Source: Deltaproteobacteria bacterium
Lineage (GTDB): Bacteria > Desulfobacterota > GWC2-55-46
Assembly (NCBI GenBank): GCA_016212705.1
Contig: JACREU010000006.1
Span: 25,030-89,029, forward strand
Reading direction: 5' to 3'
DNA: 64,000 nucleotides
Below, in pieces: positions 18,367 through 25,982 of this stretch. The stretch's first letter is position 1; the number at the start of each line of letters is the position of its first letter. The translations under genes and the position numbers were made by a program. The notes under the pieces were generated by a model that was given only the letters and a program-made list of their open reading frames with translations, searched no databases and had not been told where the DNA came from.

Positions 18367-19286
18367 TGCCTCCGTTCGCCGTGGCTTACGATAGTGGACG
18401 CGAGGAGCTCCATGAACGCGGGAGCGGTGTTCAGAGAAGCGCTCCTCCTGAATACGAGCCCCGAGGACTCGGCTATGCCCTTGAAGAGTATGTCTATGTC
18501 GTAGAGCGTCTCTATGTGGTCGGCTACGAACCCGACCGGCACAACGACCACGCCCTTCTTGCCCATCTTCTTCGCGCCCTGTATCACGTCTTCGGTCGAT
18601 GGCCCGAGCCACTCCCTCGGCCCCGCGCCCTTGGACTGGAAGGCCACCTTGTAGTCAATCTTTACGCCCATCCTCTTTACTATTTCCGAGACCGACTGGT
18701 TGACGAGCATCTCATACGGGTCGCCCTCGAGCCCGACCCACGGGAGGCTGTGCGAGCTGAAGATGACGAGCGCGTCCTTCGGGTCATTGAAGGAGGCGAG
18801 CTCTTTTTTGACGTTCCCGGCGACGGTCTCAAGGAACTGTGTCTTAAGATGGAAGCTCGGCGTTACCACGACGAACGGCGTCTTGCCCTGTTCCGAGAGA
18901 GCGCCCTCGACGTCGGAGTTGTACGCGCCTGTGGCCACGAGCGACACGAACGGCGCCATTATGACGGCTACCGCGTCCGTCACGCCGTCCTCCTTCATCT
19001 GCCGGAGCGTGTCCTTTATGAAGGGGTCCCAGTAGCGCATACCGACGTAGGCCTTGTAATCGAGCCCCTGACTTGCGATGACCGCCCTGATTGATTCCGC
19101 CTGGGCCCTTGTCAAGTCGAGGAGCGGGGACTTGCCGCCTATGAGCTTGTATCTTTCCTTTATCTTTTCCACGAGCTCAGGGGTAACGGGCCTGCCCTTG
19201 AGGACGTTCCTTATGAAAGGCTCCACCGAGTCGATAGAGTCCGCCCCGCCGAATGCGAGGAGGAGAAATGCCTTCTTCTTTTCCAT
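18363..19286 (-). CDS. hemH: ferrochelatase
   Basis: 307 aa. N-terminus AFLLLAFGGADSIDSVEPFIRNVL..GRP and later SSHSLP..GDPY motifs. GGGAGGAG ribosome-binding site. Confidence 0.9.
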   Translation of the reverse strand: MEKKKAFLLLAFGGADSIDSVEPFIRNVLKGRPVTPELVEKIKERYKLIGGKSPLLDLTRAQAESIRAVIASQGLDYKAYVGMRYWDPFIKDTLRQMKEDGVTDAVAVIMAPFVSLVATGAYNSDVEGALSEQGKTPFVVVTPSFHLKTQFLETVAGNVKKELASFNDPKDALVIFSSHSLPWVGLEGDPYEMLVNQSVSEIVKRMGVKIDYKVAFQSKGAGPREWLGPSTEDVIQGAKKMGKKGVVVVPVGFVADHIETLYDIDILFKGIAESSGLVFRRSASLNTAPAFMELLASTIVSHGERRQ

Positions 19287-19299
19287 TGTCTTCTCCTCC

Positions 19300-20328
19300 C
19301 TATTTACCGCTGAACTCGTGTACGGCGTCGACTACCGCCCTAACGCTGTCGACCGGGGTGCCGAGAACGATGCCGTGGCCGAGGTTGAATATGTGCCCCG
19401 CCCTGCCTCCCGCCATGTCTACTATCTCTTTTACGCGCCGCCTTATCTCCTTTACAGGGCCGAAAAGGACGACCGGGTCAAGGTTCCCCTGTATAGCATG
19501 ATCGTAACCTATGGTCTTCCACGCCTCGTCGAGCCTCACCCTCCAGTCCACCCCTATGACGTCGCCGCCGCCCTCGGCGACGAGGTTAAGGAAAGTCCCG
19601 GTGTTGGTCCCGAAGTTTATGACAGGGACCGTGCCCTTAAGTCTTTCTATCACCTTTTTCGTGTACGGGAGCGCGAACTCCCTGAAGTCGTCGGGCCCCA
19701 GGCATCCGACCCAGCTGTCGAAGAGCTGTACGACCTCGGCCCCGGCCGCGATCTGGGCCTTCAGGTACGCGACGACGACGTCGGAAATTTTGTCCATGAG
19801 GGCCTTCCAGCCCTCCGGGTCGCCGTACATGAGCTTCTTTGTGTTGACGTAGTTCCTCGACCCCTCGCCCTCTATTATATAGCTCGCGAGCGTAAAGGGC
19901 GCGCCCGAGAAACCGATGAGCGGCACCTTGCCGGCGAGCTCGGCCTTTACCATCTTTATCGCCTGCATGAGGTATGGGACGTGGACCTCGGGGTCTATCA
20001 TCCTGACCGCGTCTATGTCCTTCCTCGTCCTCACCGGGTTCCTTATTACGGGCCCCTCGTTCTTGGCGAATTCCAGCTCTATGCCCATGCCGGGCAGAGG
20101 CAGGAGGATGTCCGCGAATATGATGGCGGCGTCGAGATCAAAGGCCTTGATGGGTTGCAACGTCACCTCCGCCGCGAGCTCGGGGTTCCTGCACATCTCC
20201 AGGAACGAGTGCTTCTCCCTTATGGCCATGTACTCCTTCATGTACCGGCCCGCCTGGCGCATGAGCCAGACCGGGGTGCGGTCGGATGTCTCCCTCCGGC
20301 ACGCCTTTAAGAACCTGTCGTTCGCCAT
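19300..20328 (-). CDS. hemE: uroporphyrinogen decarboxylase
   Basis: 342 aa. RTPVWLMRQAGRYMKEY signature. GAGGAG ribosome-binding site. Confidence 0.93.
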   Translation of the reverse strand: MANDRFLKACRRETSDRTPVWLMRQAGRYMKEYMAIREKHSFLEMCRNPELAAEVTLQPIKAFDLDAAIIFADILLPLPGMGIELEFAKNEGPVIRNPVRTRKDIDAVRMIDPEVHVPYLMQAIKMVKAELAGKVPLIGFSGAPFTLASYIIEGEGSRNYVNTKKLMYGDPEGWKALMDKISDVVVAYLKAQIAAGAEVVQLFDSWVGCLGPDDFREFALPYTKKVIERLKGTVPVINFGTNTGTFLNLVAEGGGDVIGVDWRVRLDEAWKTIGYDHAIQGNLDPVVLFGPVKEIRRRVKEIVDMAGGRAGHIFNLGHGIVLGTPVDSVRAVVDAVHEFSGK

Positions 20329-20423
20329 GTTGAATCTCCTCTCTTATGTTATGCCCGAATTTTTTGTTGTCATAACGCCGCGGAATGCGTCGCCGCGGAA
20401 GGCCTCCGAAAACAGAGCCTCTT

Positions 20424-20452
20424 ATTATATTTGCAAGCGCGGCTTTTTTCAA
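20424..20452 (-). promoter_or_regulatory. sigma70-type promoter for hemE-hemH-hemY
   Basis: The minus strand reads TTGAAA (20452-20447), a 17-nt spacer, then TATAAT (20429-24), about 95 nt upstream of the hemE ATG. Confidence 0.55.
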
Positions 20453-20524
20453 GGCATTTAAAATCCTTTTGCCCGCGCCGCGCGCTCATCCGCCCAAGGA
20501 CCTGCGCGCGCCCTTCTTAATGCC

Positions 20525-20553
20525 TTCACATTCAGGACCTTTTCCGATATAAT
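20525..20553 (+). promoter_or_regulatory. sigma70-type promoter for the cytochrome cluster
   Basis: TTCACA (20525-30), a 17-nt spacer, then TATAAT (20548-53). A second candidate, TTGAGA-N18-TATAAG, lies at 20585-20614. Confidence 0.55.
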
Positions 20554-20673
20554 GCGGGAACTTTCTGCCCCGGTTAGAATCCGCTTGAGATTCAAGCCGT
20601 TCCTCCGATATAAGGATATAGGCCGGGCCCGGCGCAGGCTTTACGAGGCAGGGACTTTACGAGGCGGTATTGG

Positions 20674-21264
20674 ATGCGGAACCCAGGTTTTGTAAAAAGG
20701 GCCTTCAAACTCAAGTTTGGACTCAACTTCTGCATCCTTACCGTCGCGGGGATGTCCGCGGCCACCTTTTTCATCTACCTCATGACCGCAAGGAGCCTCG
20801 GGGACTCTTACGGTAGCGCCATATACGCCATCTACGACTTGAAGATACGCATATTCCCGCTCATCTTCGCCTCGTTCTACTCCATATTCATCCTCGCGCT
20901 CATAACAGGCGCCATAGCGCTCATCTCGCTCTTCTTCACGCACAAGATAGCCGGCCCCATATTCAGGATAGAGCGGAACCTCGACGCCATCTCGGGCGGG
21001 AACCTGACCGTCAACACTAAATTCAGGGGCAACGACCAGCTCGAGGCGCTCGCCGACGACATAAACGAGATGGCCAGGTCGCTGAACCATAAGGTAAGGT
21101 CGTCGCGCGACGCCCTCGCCGAGATAGAGAGGTGCGAAGAGAGGCTTTACGCCCTCGTAAAAGACGACTCATCGAGCGAAGATGATATCTCGAAGGCGCT
21201 TAAAGAACTGAAGGCCGGCATAGATGGGCTTAAAAAGGCCGCTTCCGGCATTAAGGTAATATAG
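20674..21264 (+). CDS. small 2-TM HAMP-domain membrane protein (no output domain), paralogue 1
   Basis: 196 aa. Two TM helices with a ~20-aa loop, HAMP (HKIAGPIFRIERNLDAISGGNL...LADDINEMARSLN), coiled-coil tail. Confidence 0.8.
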   Translation: MRNPGFVKRAFKLKFGLNFCILTVAGMSAATFFIYLMTARSLGDSYGSAIYAIYDLKIRIFPLIFASFYSIFILALITGAIALISLFFTHKIAGPIFRIERNLDAISGGNLTVNTKFRGNDQLEALADDINEMARSLNHKVRSSRDALAEIERCEERLYALVKDDSSSEDDISKALKELKAGIDGLKKAASGIKVI

Positions 21265-21265
21265 T

Positions 21266-22057
21266 TTGAAAACCAATATACCGATCATACTCTCGGTCCT
21301 CCTATTGACGGCGGCAAGCTACGTTTTCTCCCAGTGGACCAGCTACCATAACTTCGAGTCCAAGTGCCTGGACTGCCACATTACCGTCCCGCAGAAGGGT
21401 GACACACCCCAGGCGTTCACAAAAGACATCACCGTCATGTGCACCGGTTGCCACAAGGACTCCGAGAAGCTCTCCCACCCCGTGGGCATGAAGCCTTCCA
21501 TGAAGGTCCCCTCGTCCTTTCCGCTCGACTGGAAGGACGAGATGACCTGCATCACCTGCCACACCGTACACGACAAGGGCCACGGGGACTTCCATATGCG
21601 TTCCAAGGCCTCCGGCGAGGGGCTCTGCACGCTCTGCCACGTGGACCTCGAGGCCGAGATGCACAAGATATCCGTGGGCACGGCGCATGTATCAAGCTCC
21701 ACCGGGACCAAGTACATAGCGGACGACCTCGGCGCCGTACTCGACGAGCTTTCGATAAAGTGCCTCGCCTGCCACGACGCGACGATCGCCAAGGACACGC
21801 TTGTCGAGAGTACCGTGGACATCTTCCACAACGCCAACTCCATAGGCGTAAGCCACCCCATAGGCGTCTCTTACGCCGAGACAAAGCGCAAGTACATGGG
21901 CGCGTACAGGGACATTGACGAACTGCCCCCCGAGATAAAGCTCTTCGGAGGGCTCGTCGGGTGCGGCAGTTGCCACAACCCGTACTCCAAACAGCACAGC
22001 GAGCTCGTCATGTCGAACGAAAAAAGCGCCCTTTGCCTCGCCTGCCATGTTAAGTAA
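21266..22057 (+). CDS. heptahaem c-type cytochrome
   Basis: 7 CXXCH (CLDCH, CTGCH, CITCH, CTLCH, CLACH, CGSCH, CLACH). TTG start 1 nt after the HAMP gene stop. Signal or anchor MKTNIPIILSVLLLTAASYVFS. Confidence 0.88.
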   Translation: MKTNIPIILSVLLLTAASYVFSQWTSYHNFESKCLDCHITVPQKGDTPQAFTKDITVMCTGCHKDSEKLSHPVGMKPSMKVPSSFPLDWKDEMTCITCHTVHDKGHGDFHMRSKASGEGLCTLCHVDLEAEMHKISVGTAHVSSSTGTKYIADDLGAVLDELSIKCLACHDATIAKDTLVESTVDIFHNANSIGVSHPIGVSYAETKRKYMGAYRDIDELPPEIKLFGGLVGCGSCHNPYSKQHSELVMSNEKSALCLACHVK

Positions 22058-22171
22058 GGGCGCGCGCGGCAGATAATAATTAATGGCGGGTTAAGGGCTG
22101 TTTAATGTGGTTGGTTTATATTTTCGGCAAGGTTGATTGAAGGATGTATTTATGTTAACCTCAAGAGGCCT

Positions 22172-22753
22172 ATGAGCGCAAATGCCTTTCCCAAGTACCG
22201 CAGGCGCAGTTTCTTCATCAAGAAGAGGCTCCAGGGGCGGTTCATAGCCGGGTTCTCGATCGCCGTGTTTCTGGGCTATTTTCTGAACCTCCTCCTTGTT
22301 TATTTTTTAATTGACAGGGAATTGACCTCGGAGTTATATAGAATCCATCTGAGGATAAGGACGACCTCCGAGATAGCCGTCCCGATCCTCTGGAAGTTAA
22401 GCCTCATAATCATACCGCTTATCATCGTCATCTCGGCGGTCCTCGGGTATGTCCTTACGCGGAGAGTGGAACTGCCGCTCCTAAAGTTCAAACAGGCCTT
22501 GAAGAAAACCGCCGAAGGGGATTTTACGTCCCGCCTCATGGAAGACAAGGTCGCCGTCGGGCTTTCAGAGGCGTTCAACGCGATGACAGCCTCGCTCTCC
22601 GTCCCCTTCAGCTCATTGAAAGAGTCGGCGGAAAGGCTCGACGAGGCTTACGGGAGGCTTGAAAAGAAGCCGGGCGGCCTCAAGCGCGCGCTCGGCGGCA
22701 TCACCGAGGCGCGCATAAAGACCGAGAGGGCGCTCGACAAGCTCAAGGTCTGA
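22172..22753 (+). CDS. small 2-TM HAMP-domain membrane protein, paralogue 2
   Basis: Start at ATG 22172 (AAGAGG upstream); the ORF model starts at TTG 22133. Same architecture as 20674..21264, with a similar basic N-terminus (FIKKRLQGRF versus FVKRAFKLKF). Confidence 0.78.
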   Translation: MSANAFPKYRRRSFFIKKRLQGRFIAGFSIAVFLGYFLNLLLVYFLIDRELTSELYRIHLRIRTTSEIAVPILWKLSLIIIPLIIVISAVLGYVLTRRVELPLLKFKQALKKTAEGDFTSRLMEDKVAVGLSEAFNAMTASLSVPFSSLKESAERLDEAYGRLEKKPGGLKRALGGITEARIKTERALDKLKV

Positions 22754-22763
22754 ACGGGTCTTG

Positions 22764-22792
22764 AAAGGCCCGGCGGTTAAACCGGGCTTTTT
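22764..22792 (+). terminator. intrinsic terminator inside the cytochrome cluster
   Basis: AAAGGCCCGG-CGGTTAAA-CCGGGCTTTTT, 11 nt after the HAMP-2 stop. Confidence 0.6.
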
Positions 22793-22951
22793 CGAAAACG
22801 CGTCGGGCGGAGCGAAACCGTCAGAGCCGTAAATTACCGGTCTCATCATCCCGGCCCCTCCACAATGCGGCCCGGGACGGCCAGCTCATGTCGATCGCCT
22901 GCGCGGGCCGTACTTACGGCCCGCCTAACCACGAACGAACGGAAAGGGACT

Positions 22952-24082
22952 ATGCGCCATCTAAAAACAGCCATCGGAATCGCGGCCGCGGCCTTAACAG
23001 CCGGGTCGTTCCTCATCGGAGCAGAGGCGCGCTCCGAGAACTGGGCGGGCTTTCTGAAGACCCCGGCGCGCTCATCCTACGTCGAACGAGCCGTCCAGCC
23101 GCCGCTCTCCCTTAAATGGAGGTTCGAGACAAAGGGGCCGGTATACTCGTCCCCGACCGTCTTCGAGGGCAAGGTCTTCGTCGGCTCGTATGACAAGAAC
23201 CTCTACGCCATAAACGCCGAGACAGGCAAGAGCGCCTGGTCGTTCGCGACTGACGGCGAGGTATTCTCGTCGCCTGCCGTCGAGGGCGGAAAGGTCTTCT
23301 TCGGCTCAAAGGACGGCTTCGTCTACGCCATCGAGTCAGCCACGGGCGCTCTCGCCTGGAAGCACAAGACCGACGGCAGGATACTCACCTCGCCGACGGT
23401 CTCGGAGGGGCTCGTCTTCATCGCCTCCAACGACCTCTACCTCTACGCCCTTAACGTCTCGGACGGCAAGAGGGCCTGGAGGATGAAACTCCCGGATTAC
23501 GACAAGTACAGCGGGGTATACGCCTCCCCGGCCTACGCCGACGGCTCCATATTTATAGCGGGCAAGAACGGCATAGTCTACTCCGCCTCGGCCAAAAGCG
23601 GCGGCAGGCACTGGTCCGCGAGGACGGATTCCGCCGTCTACGCGACCCCGGTCGTAAAGGACGGCATCGTATACGTGGCCTCCTTGTCCAGGAACTTCTA
23701 CGCAATAGACGCCAAGACAGGCAAGTTCGTCTGGAGGAGGGGGATCTCAACGGAGATGATCTACGCTACCCCGGTCGTCGCCCGTGACCGCATATACATA
23801 GCCTTCAAGAGCGGGCACATAAGGGCGTATAACAGGAACGACGGGGCAGAGGTCTCCGACTGGCAGTTGCCCGCCGAGATAAACTCAACGCCTGTTGTAG
23901 CGGGCAACGGGACGGTATACGCGGGCGCCGGGGACGGCAACGTCTACGCGCTCGACGCGAAGACCGGCTCCATACTCTGGAAGTACGCCACAGGCGGCGG
24001 GATACACTCCTCCCCCGCCGTGGTCGACAATAACCTCTACATAGGCTCCGGGGACGGGTCGGTCTACGCCTTTTCGAAATAG
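22952..24082 (+). CDS. secreted PQQ-like (BamB-type) beta-propeller repeat protein
   Basis: Start at MRHLKTAIGIAAAALTAGSF (ATG 22952, GGAAAGGGA upstream). About 8 repeats of the G.vYaldaktGk..W pattern. Confidence 0.85.
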   Translation: MRHLKTAIGIAAAALTAGSFLIGAEARSENWAGFLKTPARSSYVERAVQPPLSLKWRFETKGPVYSSPTVFEGKVFVGSYDKNLYAINAETGKSAWSFATDGEVFSSPAVEGGKVFFGSKDGFVYAIESATGALAWKHKTDGRILTSPTVSEGLVFIASNDLYLYALNVSDGKRAWRMKLPDYDKYSGVYASPAYADGSIFIAGKNGIVYSASAKSGGRHWSARTDSAVYATPVVKDGIVYVASLSRNFYAIDAKTGKFVWRRGISTEMIYATPVVARDRIYIAFKSGHIRAYNRNDGAEVSDWQLPAEINSTPVVAGNGTVYAGAGDGNVYALDAKTGSILWKYATGGGIHSSPAVVDNNLYIGSGDGSVYAFSK

Positions 24083-24117
24083 GCGCAAGACCGGGTGTTC
24101 CGGAAAAACACAGGAAA

Positions 24118-24726
24118 ATGAAGATGTCAAAAAGAATCCAAGCCCTTATAAGACCGCTCATGGCCGGGGGGCTGATACTTTTCGCGGCAGTCTCGTCTTA
24201 CGCGGCCGAGAAGTCCGAACTGCCCAAGGAGACCCCGCCCCCTTACGAGAGGAGCGAGGCCCTCTCCACGATAATCAACCCCCACGAGCAGATAAACGAC
24301 GAGGGGGAGGTGCTCTGGGGTACGTGCCTCATCTGCCACAAGAACGTCCCCGACGTCCAGAAGGAAAAGTCCATCAAGGACGTAAATCTCCGCTTTGACG
24401 AAGACCCGAATCAGCTCTGCAGGCAGTGTCATACGGTCAGGGCCCACCCCGGGTCCGAAGGCGTGAGCGCGACGATGAGCGGCTATGTGGCGCCCGACCA
24501 CCTTGTGGTCCCTTCCAAGAACATAATAATGAGCCTCCGGCTCGCGAAAAAGGAGATACCGTTGATACTGCCTCTGGACCCGAAGTCCGGCAAGATCATC
24601 TGCTCCACATGCCACAACCCGCACGAGAGGGGTCTCCTCGTCGGCAGGGCCGACTGGGGCGGCGATTACAGCATGAGGCTCCGCTCCGCGGGCCTCGACA
24701 TCTGCCAGTACTGCCACAGGAAGTAG
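24118..24726 (+). CDS. tetrahaem c-type cytochrome
   Basis: CLICH, CRQCH, CSTCH, CQYCH. Signal peptide ending SSYAAE. Confidence 0.88.
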   Translation: MKMSKRIQALIRPLMAGGLILFAAVSSYAAEKSELPKETPPPYERSEALSTIINPHEQINDEGEVLWGTCLICHKNVPDVQKEKSIKDVNLRFDEDPNQLCRQCHTVRAHPGSEGVSATMSGYVAPDHLVVPSKNIIMSLRLAKKEIPLILPLDPKSGKIICSTCHNPHERGLLVGRADWGGDYSMRLRSAGLDICQYCHRK

Positions 24727-24884
24727 ACCTGGGCACCTGCCGGAGAGATGGGGGGGAGGGGGGGCGCTCCTACGCAGGTCCTTCTTAAATGAACTTATCG
24801 TAATCAGGCGCGCGGCGGAATCGGCCGGCGTCGCGCCATGCGCGCCTTTGTTAAAAACGTCTTGACCCGTCACCACGGACCATT

Positions 24885-25943
24885 ATGACTGACGCAAAGA
24901 GGATAATGACATCAAGGGTGTTCCCCCTCTTCGGGGCCATGTTGCTCCTCCTCGTACTGCTTTCCGCGTGCGCAACGACGGAGAACGAGGTCAGGGAGAC
25001 GGCCACTACCCCGCAGAAGCCCCTTATATGGCCCTCCCCGCCCGAGCCCGCCAGGGTCTCCTGGTCCAAGGCCATATCGAGGCCTGAAGACATAGGCGCT
25101 AACAAGGGCTTCTTCAGGAAGATCGCCGAGTTCCTCCTCGGCCCCAGGGCCGACCAGATGGTCAAGCCCTACGGCATAACGGTCGATTCGACAGGACGGA
25201 TAATCGTCGCGGACACCGCGCTCAAAAGACTGCACGTCTACGACGCCAAAAAGAACAAGTACTCCTTTATCGAGGAGACCGGGGACGACAACCTGGAATC
25301 CCCCATAGCGGTCGCGGTCGACGCCGAGGACAACATATACGCGACCGACTCGGTCAAGAACAAAGTCCTCGTCTTCAACTCCAAGGGCAAGTACCTTTAC
25401 GGGTTCCCGGCGGGAAAAAGGCCTACGGGTATCGCCGTCGACAAGGCTGAAAAGACCGTTTACGTAAGCGACACCGCGAGGCACGAGGTCGCGGTCTACG
25501 ATTTAAAGGGCAGGCTCCTTAAGGCCATCGGACGCTGGGGTAACAAGGCCGGCGAGTTCAACTACCCGGTAGACATATTCATAGACAAGCACGGCGAGCT
25601 CTTCGTCGCCGACACTATGAACTACAGGATACAGATATTCGGGAAAAACGGCCAATTCCTCTCCATGTTCGGACGCCACGGCGACGGCACCGGAGACTTC
25701 GGCAGGCCCAAGGGCGTCTCGGTCGACAACGAGGGGAACATCTACGTAGCGGACGCCATCTTCGACACGGTCCAGATATTCGATAGAAATGGGAATTTTC
25801 TCCTGAACTTCGGACGCCTCGGCAGGGAATACGGCTCGTTCTGGCTCCCCTCCGGGGTCTTCATAGACAGCGCCGACAAGATATACGTATCGGACTCCTA
25901 CAACAAGCGCATTCAGGTCTTCGAGTATCACGGCCACATCTAA
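24885..25943 (+). CDS. NHL-repeat six-bladed beta-propeller lipoprotein
   Basis: Lipobox LLSAC. Repeated NHL units (P.giavD..gniYVaD..n.riqvF...G.fl..fG). Confidence 0.85.
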   Translation: MTDAKRIMTSRVFPLFGAMLLLLVLLSACATTENEVRETATTPQKPLIWPSPPEPARVSWSKAISRPEDIGANKGFFRKIAEFLLGPRADQMVKPYGITVDSTGRIIVADTALKRLHVYDAKKNKYSFIEETGDDNLESPIAVAVDAEDNIYATDSVKNKVLVFNSKGKYLYGFPAGKRPTGIAVDKAEKTVYVSDTARHEVAVYDLKGRLLKAIGRWGNKAGEFNYPVDIFIDKHGELFVADTMNYRIQIFGKNGQFLSMFGRHGDGTGDFGRPKGVSVDNEGNIYVADAIFDTVQIFDRNGNFLLNFGRLGREYGSFWLPSGVFIDSADKIYVSDSYNKRIQVFEYHGHI

Positions 25944-25982
25944 AGCACAAAAACACTTTTTCGGGAAGTGAGCTGGTTAAAG

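Noticed and set aside
25968-25982. A GTG start at 25968 for the undecahaem cytochrome.
   Set aside because: It is only 24 nt after the NHL gene stop, and I prefer the nearby ATG at 25983. The true start, possibly ATG 26076 directly before the hydrophobic signal segment, cannot be settled by eye.
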